Shown here piece after piece: positions 57,145 through 64,000 of a stretch of 64,000 nt of DNA. The DNA is from an uncultured delta proteobacterium. GTDB taxonomy: Bacteria > Desulfobacterota > Binatia > HRBIN30 > BPIQ01. The notes under the pieces were generated by a model, which was not told the DNA's origin, searched no databases, and was given only the letters and a program-made list of their open reading frames with translations. Position 1 is the first letter of the stretch; the number at the start of each line of letters is the position of its first letter. The stretch covers positions 408,980-472,979 of the forward strand of contig CAVXGR010000005.1 in NCBI GenBank assembly GCA_963761335.1. Reading direction: 5' to 3'. A program made the position numbers and the translations under genes.

Positions 57145-57905
57145 GGATAGCTGAGCTGCAGCTCGGCGGTGCCCTTGGGATCGAGCTTCACCTTCTGCTC
57201 CTTGGTCCCGAGCTTCTCGTGCCAGACGCCGATGGTGTAGTCGCCTGGGGGCACCGGCTTCAGGGTCACGGCGCCGTCGTCGCCGGTGACGCCGAAGTAG
57301 GGGTTGGCCACCACCGCGAGATAGGCCTGCATCCAGGGGTGAATGTCGCAGCTCACCGGGATGGCCACCTCTTCGCGGTCGAAGGTGAGAGTGCGGCTCG
57401 AGCCCTTGCGGCTCATGATGAAGTTCCAGGAACGCCCCACGTCGGGGTGTCCGTGTACGTTGTGGACCTCGGTGTCGCTGTTGATGAACTCCACTGTCTG
57501 GCCGACCATGGCCGCGGCGACGTGCGGGTGGTACATGCATCCCCGCTGGTCCAGCACCACGTGCGTCTCCGGTGGTGCGAAAGGGCGGTCGCCGAAGCCG
57601 CTCTTGATCCACACCACGGCGTTGAGCAGATGCCCGCTGTCCACCACCAGCGATGGGTCGAGAACCGGGTCGGGGTGGGCCTCGGCACATTGCGGAGCGC
57701 TCTGCAGGTTGAGCGCGGCGCGCTTCGGCGGCTCGCCGCGGTAGAGGACCTGCACGCGAATCTGCCCCGCCGTGGTGAGATCCACTGGCGTCGATACGAC
57801 GCGGGCCGGCGGCGGGGAGGAGTCGCGACAGGCGGTGAGGGACAGGGCGAGCAGCAGAGCGACGGCGACTCCGCGCGGCGTCGCGGCGATGCGGGGTCCG
57901 GCCAT
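57141..57905 (-). CDS. cupredoxin-like lipoprotein with carboxypeptidase-regulatory-like domain
   Basis: lipobox LTAC; LDQRGCMY.PHV; HNVH...CDIHPWM. Confidence 0.85.
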   Translation of the reverse strand: MAGPRIAATPRGVAVALLLALSLTACRDSSPPPARVVSTPVDLTTAGQIRVQVLYRGEPPKRAALNLQSAPQCAEAHPDPVLDPSLVVDSGHLLNAVVWIKSGFGDRPFAPPETHVVLDQRGCMYHPHVAAAMVGQTVEFINSDTEVHNVHGHPDVGRSWNFIMSRKGSSRTLTFDREEVAIPVSCDIHPWMQAYLAVVANPYFGVTGDDGAVTLKPVPPGDYTIGVWHEKLGTKEQKVKLDPKGTAELQLSYP

Positions 57906-57910
57906 GGCGA

Positions 57911-60130
57911 TCAGTGCTCCTCGAGAAGGGTTTCGATGCGAAAGGCGCTGCGCGCCGCGATGGTGAACGGCTTGCCCCAGTCGTCGTACTTGATCCCCGC
58001 AAGCGCGCCACGCGCCGCTTCCCGGAAGCGCTCCTCCCCGGTGAGCCGGCCGGCATAGGCGACGGCTGGATAGAAGCGCAGGTTCTTCGGCTGCTCGCGC
58101 ACCACCACCTCGGCATAGGCGAGGATCCATTTGCGCAGCTCCTGGTCGCCGGTGGCGGCGTGCACGTAGGCCAGGCCGTCGGCGAGCACCCCCATCTTCC
58201 AGTTCTTGACCGCGCCCGCGGCGGGGTGCGCTGCCATGCCCTCTCGGGCGTAGGTCAGAGCCGCCTGCCGGTACTCGGGCTTGCCGGTGGCGTCCCATGC
58301 CGCCGCCATGGCGAGCGCCGGCCAGCCGAACTGCCGCGGGTTGCCGCGCCGCATCGAGGCCGCCCGGCGCGCCAGGAAATCGGCGATGCCGACGGCGCCG
58401 TCGCGGGCGCGCTGGTCGCCGGTGAGGAAATAGTAGTTGAACAGCCCCTCCACCCAGCTGTGGCCGGGATCGACGCCGCCGAGCGCGAAGCTGAAATGCA
58501 GCGGGTTCTTCGGATGGTTCATGCCCACCCAGTTCGGATTGGGCGGGTAATGGTGGATGCGGTCGACGTCGGTGAAGTGCCGGGCGGCGGCGACCATGTA
58601 CTCGTGGACATCGGCGCGTCCGGTCGCCGCGAAAAGCAGGGTGAGAACCTCGGTCAGATCGTACTCCTGGTTGCCCCAGGCGTCGCAGCCCTTCACGTCG
58701 TCGTGGTAGCCCGGATAGTTCCAGTCGCCCCAGTTGAACATCCCGTAGAAGCCGGTGCGCGGCCGCTCTCCGGCGGGCGGCGGGCACTGCGGCTGGCCGC
58801 TGTCGTCCCAGCGCTCGCTCTGCACGCTGTGGACGTAACGATCGAAGGCCCGGCTGGCGTCGGCCACGATGCTCTCCGAGCCCGGCGGCTGCATGCCGGC
58901 GAGCATTGCCCGGCTGGAGGCGAGCCAGCTCGGATCGACGTGCGCGAGAACGCCGCGGGCAGCTTCGCGAACGGCTTTCTGGCCGCTTCCCGGGGGGCTG
59001 AAGGCAAGGGTGAGCTCGTGTGTCTTGGCGGCGCCGACGCCGACCTTGGCCACCCCGCCGGCCTCCGACCAGAGATCGTATGCGAGCCGATCGCCGCCGA
59101 GATGCACCGCTTGCGGATACTCCTGCCAGAAGAAGGGAGCGTCGAGGGCCACGCCGGCGCGAGCCGCGCTGATCTCGAACCATCCGGAGAGCTGGCCGGG
59201 CCGCGGCGTTTCTCCCTGACGGAAGGAGATGTTGTCCACCTGCGCCAGATCGGTGCCGCCCGCCGGCAGCGCCCCGGACAGCTCTTTGCGGTTCTCGACT
59301 CCGGCGGTGAAGTGCGCCTTCTCTCCCGGTGCGAGCGGCATCTCCAGACGCAGGCCGCTCATCGTCGTGAAGTCGGCGTCGGCGATGTTGACGAAGGTGT
59401 GGAGAATGCGGACGAAGGGCTGGTCGGCGTAGGCATAGAGACGCAGCTGCTGCTCGAAGGGACCGAGGCGTCCGCGCAGAGAAACGGCGGCGCGCAGCGG
59501 TCCGCGTTCTTCGACGGTTACCGCCAGCGGGGCTGCGGCGACGCTGCGCTTTCCCCCGGCGACCACGGAGATGGTCAGCGGCCCCGAGGCGACCGGCTTG
59601 CCGTCCACGGCGACGTCTTGCAGCAGCCCGAAGCTCCGCCGCGCGATGGTGAAGCGGAGAGCTCCGGTGTCGATCTCGATGCCGTCGGCGGTCTCGCGCA
59701 CGGAGACCGGGTGCCGCGGTTTGCCCGGGCTGCCGCGCTGCACCTCGAAGCGCCGCGTCTGCCGCGCGGCGAGGTCGGCGGCGAACGAGATCAGAGCCCA
59801 GCGCACACTGCCGTCGGGCCAGCGGGCCAGCGCCCGGCTCTGTGATGGGACCACGCCGCCGTCGCCGCGCAGCTGTAGCGCGCTCTCGTCGTGTGTCCAG
59901 CCCCGCGGCAGAGGCACGCCGATGCTCACCGGCCAGCCCCGCCGCTGCAGGCCGAGCTGCTCCTCGACGGTCAGGCGGGGGAGTGGAGCGGTGGAGGCGC
60001 GGCGGTGCGCGGCCACGGCACAGGCCGTCGCCGCAAGACTGAGCGCCAGTGCCGCCAGCCCGGCCAGCGCGCACCGACGAACCGTGCGCCGGGTGGAGAC
60101 TCCCTCTTGGCTGGGGCGAATGGTGGGCAC
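57911..60130 (-). CDS. exported YetA/PL26 (rhamnogalacturonan exo-lyase)-like protein
   Basis: GVPLPRG, RWPDGSVRW, EERGPLR, GMFNWGDW, WGNQEYD, ARHFTDVD; start uncertain. Confidence 0.65.
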   Translation of the reverse strand: MPTIRPSQEGVSTRRTVRRCALAGLAALALSLAATACAVAAHRRASTAPLPRLTVEEQLGLQRRGWPVSIGVPLPRGWTHDESALQLRGDGGVVPSQSRALARWPDGSVRWALISFAADLAARQTRRFEVQRGSPGKPRHPVSVRETADGIEIDTGALRFTIARRSFGLLQDVAVDGKPVASGPLTISVVAGGKRSVAAAPLAVTVEERGPLRAAVSLRGRLGPFEQQLRLYAYADQPFVRILHTFVNIADADFTTMSGLRLEMPLAPGEKAHFTAGVENRKELSGALPAGGTDLAQVDNISFRQGETPRPGQLSGWFEISAARAGVALDAPFFWQEYPQAVHLGGDRLAYDLWSEAGGVAKVGVGAAKTHELTLAFSPPGSGQKAVREAARGVLAHVDPSWLASSRAMLAGMQPPGSESIVADASRAFDRYVHSVQSERWDDSGQPQCPPPAGERPRTGFYGMFNWGDWNYPGYHDDVKGCDAWGNQEYDLTEVLTLLFAATGRADVHEYMVAAARHFTDVDRIHHYPPNPNWVGMNHPKNPLHFSFALGGVDPGHSWVEGLFNYYFLTGDQRARDGAVGIADFLARRAASMRRGNPRQFGWPALAMAAAWDATGKPEYRQAALTYAREGMAAHPAAGAVKNWKMGVLADGLAYVHAATGDQELRKWILAYAEVVVREQPKNLRFYPAVAYAGRLTGEERFREAARGALAGIKYDDWGKPFTIAARSAFRIETLLEEH

Positions 60131-60285
60131 GCGACGGTGACTATCCGCCGACCGTGCGGCCGTCAACGCCCCCCCCTCGCTTCGCGGCGCGCTGCGAGCG
60201 GCCGCCACTGCGCTTTGACGGCTGCTCGCGGATCCGGAAATTTGCCTTGCTAAATTCCGGCACACCGGGAGAAGATTGGCGGAAT

Positions 60286-61854
60286 ATGACAAAGCGAACT
60301 GCACCGCAGATGGCCTGGACTTTGGCGATTGCGGCGCTGCTGCTCGGTGCCCCGCCAGCGCGCGCCCAGTCGGCGGTGCGGCCGAACGTGATCATGATCA
60401 TGGCCGACGATCTGGCCTGGCCATTCTACGGCTTCATGCGCGACATCGACCGCGCCAAATCGGATCCCAACGATCCGCGCTACGAGGCCCTGAAGAACTT
60501 CCCCCATCCCACCTCGCATCCGGAGTTTCCCCTCCCGGATGCCTTCGTGACGCCCAACATCGACCGTCTGGCGGCGCGCGGTGCCGTCTTCCCGATGGGC
60601 CACTCCGGCGACTCGCTCTGCCTGCCGTCGTTTCAGACGACGCTGACCGGCCTCTACCGGAAGGATTTCGGCGCCAAGCCGCCGCATCGCGGTCGCGAGC
60701 CCTATATTCCCGAGTACCTCGCGCAGGCGGGCTATCAGAGCTTCGGGTTCGGCAAGCTCTGGCAACCCAGCTACGCCAAGGCGGGCTTCACCTGTGTGAA
60801 AGGCGCCTGCGACGTCGACAGCGTGCACACCAAGAGCGGCGGCCGAACCACGCTCACGCCGTTGCTGCGCTTCCTGCAGAACGCGCCGCAGCCGTTCTTC
60901 GCGTGGTATGCGCCCGACCTGCCGCATGCGCCGACCAACGCCGGCTCGCTGGTGCGCAGCACTCTCCTCGGCGGCCGCGCCAGTGGCCTGGACCTCACTC
61001 CCCCGCAGATTCTGAGCGGCGGCGAGTTGCGCCTCGAGGGGCTGTACGAGCAGATGCAGGTGCTCAAGTACGCCGTCAAGCTCTTGCCCACGCTCAAGGA
61101 ACGCGGGGACTATCTGAAGAACATCATGCTGCTCGATTACTGGGTCGGGGAGCTGCTGAACTTCCTCGAGGCGCCGGGGAACGAGGAGCTGAACCGCAAC
61201 ACGATGATCATCTTCATGTCCGACAACGGCTACAAGCTGCCGAACTCGAAGCGCAAGTTCTCCGAGAACGGCGTGCGCACGCCGATCCTGGTGAGCTGGC
61301 CGGGTGCGGACTCGAAGAATCCGGAGATCCCGCCCGGGCAGGTTCTGCCGCAGATGGTGCATGCCGTCGACATCGTCCCGACTCTCCTCGACTACGCCGG
61401 CATGCCGATCCGCACCTGTGACACCGGCGAGCCGGTATCGTTCCCGGCATTTGCGTACACGGGCACCACGGTGCCGTCGAGCGCGGATGATCCGTGCCTC
61501 GAGGGGCAGTCGATGCGGCCCTATCTTCAGGGCGCCGACCTGCCGGGGCGAAGCGATCTGCTGGGGATGTGGAAGAAAGGATGGCGGTATCTGCGCACCG
61601 TGCGCATGGAGCCACCCTTCGCGGCGCCCCAGGACCAGTCGCCGATTGCCTACCGATTGCTGCGCGCGGCGCCGCGTGCCCGGCGCGGCAAGAAGGCCTT
61701 CTGCAAGTACGAGCTCTATGACCTCACAGCCGATCCGAACGAGAAGCACGACCTGCTCAAGAGCGGCGAGTTCGACAACAGCGACCGCTCCCTGGACCTG
61801 TGGAAGCTCCTGCTGACGCGCTGGTTCGATCCCGGCGATTGCGTGAACCCGTAG
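60286..61854 (+). CDS. exported sulfatase-like hydrolase with a non-canonical signature
   Basis: signal peptide; PNVIMIMADDL, TPNIDRLA, CLPSF..LTG, PH, SDNG, DIVPTLLD, ELYDL..DPNE. Confidence 0.85.
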   Translation: MTKRTAPQMAWTLAIAALLLGAPPARAQSAVRPNVIMIMADDLAWPFYGFMRDIDRAKSDPNDPRYEALKNFPHPTSHPEFPLPDAFVTPNIDRLAARGAVFPMGHSGDSLCLPSFQTTLTGLYRKDFGAKPPHRGREPYIPEYLAQAGYQSFGFGKLWQPSYAKAGFTCVKGACDVDSVHTKSGGRTTLTPLLRFLQNAPQPFFAWYAPDLPHAPTNAGSLVRSTLLGGRASGLDLTPPQILSGGELRLEGLYEQMQVLKYAVKLLPTLKERGDYLKNIMLLDYWVGELLNFLEAPGNEELNRNTMIIFMSDNGYKLPNSKRKFSENGVRTPILVSWPGADSKNPEIPPGQVLPQMVHAVDIVPTLLDYAGMPIRTCDTGEPVSFPAFAYTGTTVPSSADDPCLEGQSMRPYLQGADLPGRSDLLGMWKKGWRYLRTVRMEPPFAAPQDQSPIAYRLLRAAPRARRGKKAFCKYELYDLTADPNEKHDLLKSGEFDNSDRSLDLWKLLLTRWFDPGDCVNP

Positions 61855-61933
61855 AACGGTTCTCGGCGGCCAGGATGGCCGCGCTCCCAGGGGGAGTTTT
61901 TCGGCGGGTCCGCGGGTGCTATCCTTACCCGCG

Positions 61934-62263
61934 ATGAGCGAACGACGTTCGACGCAGCAGCCGGACGAGGCCGGGGTCGCCACCGATACGCGGACCGAGC
62001 CCAAGCTCAAGAAGCCGAAGATGTACCGGGTGCTGCTGCACAACGACGACTACACGACGATGGAGTTCGTGGTGTACGTGCTGCAGAGCGTGTTCCACCG
62101 GTCCGAGACCGAAGCGGTGCAGATCATGCTACACGTCCATCGCAACGGCATCGGCGTGGCGGGCGTCTATACCTATGAGATTGCGGAGACACGAGTGAAA
62201 CAGGTCGAGGCGCTGGCGCGGGAGCACGAGTTTCCCCTGCGCTGCAGCTTGGATGAGGCGTGA
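61934..62263 (+). CDS. clpS: Clp protease adaptor
   Basis: [27 protein letters not shown]. Confidence 0.97.
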   Translation: MSERRSTQQPDEAGVATDTRTEPKLKKPKMYRVLLHNDDYTTMEFVVYVLQSVFHRSETEAVQIMLHVHRNGIGVAGVYTYEIAETRVKQVEALAREHEFPLRCSLDEA

Positions 62264-62264
62264 G

Positions 62265-64000
62265 ATGAGGATCAGCCGCGAGCTGGAAATCTCGCTGACA
62301 CTGGCGGTGAACGAGGCGCATCGGCGCGGGCACGAGTTCATCTGCATCGAGCACCTGCTCTATGCCCTCCTGCACGACGCCGACGTCGCCGAGATCCTGC
62401 GCCAGTGCGGCGGAGACGTATCGGCCCTGAAGCGCTCTCTCGAGCAGTTCTTCGACGACAAGGTCGAGAAGCTGCCGCCCGGCGTCGACGTCGCCCCGCA
62501 GCAGACCTTCGGGTTTCAGCGTGTCATCCAGAGAGCCGCGGCGCACGTGCAGTCGGCGGGCAAGGACGAGATCCTCGGCCGCAACGTGCTGGTGGCCATC
62601 TTCCGTGAGCCGGACTGCTATGCCGCCTACCTTCTCGAGCAACAGGGCATCACGCGTCTCGACGTGATCAGCTACATCTCGCACGGCGTCTCCAAGATCG
62701 CCGCGGAGCCCGGCGACTCGGTGCCGTCGGAGATCGGCGAGGGCGACGCCGAGGAGGACGGCGAGGCCGCCGCCAAGAAGGATCCTCTGGCGCTGTTCAC
62801 CGTCGATCTGGTGGCCAAGGCGGCGGAGGGCAAGATCGACCCGCTGATCGGGCGCAGCGCCGAGCTGGCGCGCACGGCGCGCGTGCTCTGCCGCCGGCGC
62901 AAGAACAACCCGGTGTTCGTCGGCGAGGCGGGTGTCGGCAAGACGGCGCTCGCCGAGGGACTGGCCCTGCAGATCCACAACGGCAAGGTTCCCGAGGCGC
63001 TGCTCAGCGCCCACGTCTACGCCCTCGACATGGGGGCGCTGGTCGCCGGGACCCGCTTCCGCGGCGATTTCGAGCAGCGCCTGAAGGGGGTGCTGGCGGC
63101 GCTGCAGCGGCAGCCGGGCGCCATTCTCTTCATCGACGAGATCCACACCGTGGTCGGCGCCGGCGCCACCAGCGGCGGCTCTCTCGATGCCTCCAACATC
63201 CTCAAGCCGGCCCTTGCCTCGGGCGAGCTGCGCTGCATCGGCGCGACCACCTACCACGACTACAAGAGCTACTTCGAGCGCGACCGCGCCCTGGCGCGAC
63301 GCTTTCAGAAGATCGAGGTTCCGGAGCCGTCGGTCGAGGAGACCCACGACATCCTCAAGGGCCTCAAGGGCCACTACGAGAAGCACCACGGCGTCACCTA
63401 CACGCGCGGGGCGCTGCGCGCCGCCGCCGAGCTGTCGGCGCGCTATATCAACGACCGCCACCTGCCCGACAAGGCGATCGACGTCATCGACGAGGCGGGT
63501 GCGACCGTACAGATGCAGCCCGTCAGCCTGCGCAAGAAGACCGTGCGCAGCCGAGACGTCGAGCAGATCGTCGCCACCATGGCCAAGATCCCGCCGCGCA
63601 GCGTCTCCCTTTCGGATCGAGAGCGGCTGGAGAACCTCGAGCGCGACCTCAAGCTCTCGGTCTTCGGCCAGGACGAGGCGATCCATACGCTGGCTTCGGC
63701 GATCAAGCTGTCGCGCGCCGGCCTCGGCCATCCGGAGAAGCCGGTAGGGTCGTTCCTCTTCGCGGGACCGACGGGTGTCGGCAAGACCGAGGTGGCCAAG
63801 CAGCTGGCGTCCGTCCTCGGCATCGAGTTCCTGCGCTTCGATATGAGCGAGTACATGGAGGCGCACACCGTCTCTCGCCTGATCGGCGCGCCGCCGGGCT
63901 ACGTCGGCTTCGATCAGGGAGGGCTGCTCACCGATGCCATCCGCAAGACGCCGCACGCGGTGCTGCTGCTGGACGAGATCGAGAAGGCCCATCCGAATCT
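62265..64000 (+). CDS. clpA: ATP-dependent Clp protease ATPase subunit (runs off window)
   Basis: translated from sequence: [40 protein letters not shown]; follows clpS. Confidence 0.95.
   Translation, partial: MRISRELEISLTLAVNEAHRRGHEFICIEHLLYALLHDADVAEILRQCGGDVSALKRSLEQFFDDKVEKLPPGVDVAPQQTFGFQRVIQRAAAHVQSAGKDEILGRNVLVAIFREPDCYAAYLLEQQGITRLDVISYISHGVSKIAAEPGDSVPSEIGEGDAEEDGEAAAKKDPLALFTVDLVAKAAEGKIDPLIGRSAELARTARVLCRRRKNNPVFVGEAGVGKTALAEGLALQIHNGKVPEALLSAHVYALDMGALVAGTRFRGDFEQRLKGVLAALQRQPGAILFIDEIHTVVGAGATSGGSLDASNILKPALASGELRCIGATTYHDYKSYFERDRALARRFQKIEVPEPSVEETHDILKGLKGHYEKHHGVTYTRGALRAAAELSARYINDRHLPDKAIDVIDEAGATVQMQPVSLRKKTVRSRDVEQIVATMAKIPPRSVSLSDRERLENLERDLKLSVFGQDEAIHTLASAIKLSRAGLGHPEKPVGSFLFAGPTGVGKTEVAKQLASVLGIEFLRFDMSEYMEAHTVSRLIGAPPGYVGFDQGGLLTDAIRKTPHAVLLLDEIEKAHPN

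Overview
High-GC bacterial chromosomal window, densely coding and mostly housekeeping or metabolic. Gene content and large Cys-rich secreted proteins suggest a Candidatus Binatia / deltaproteobacterium-like organism; this is inference, not a database result. It contains a hybrid histidine kinase, an exported cyclohexadienyl dehydratase-chorismate mutase fusion, an arn (formyltransferase-arnD-arnT)/hpnJ cluster, malQ, a cdaA-YbbR fusion, an ABC1 kinase, fused otsAB, a MerR-TPR/L,D-transpeptidase/BON operon, GalT-like and SCP2 genes, IDH, an ABC-F ATPase, mfd-surA-pdxA, pgm-yvcK-uvrA, an intact and a decayed vapBC pair, iscS-iscA, sppA, puuD, a PL26-like/cupredoxin pair, an atypical sulfatase and clpS-clpA (runs off the end). 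No rRNA, tRNA, CRISPR-Cas or transposase was seen. Intergenic DNA carries at least five families of short palindromic repeats, including a 6-unit GTAG-REP doublet array and a mixed repeat stack at 36.5-37.4 kb. The best candidate for an undescribed system is an 864-aa secreted protein that fuses a cytochrome c domain with an atypical CX4CH motif to a PHM/DBM-like copper monooxygenase retaining all six predicted Cu ligands. All calls come from reading motifs by eye.
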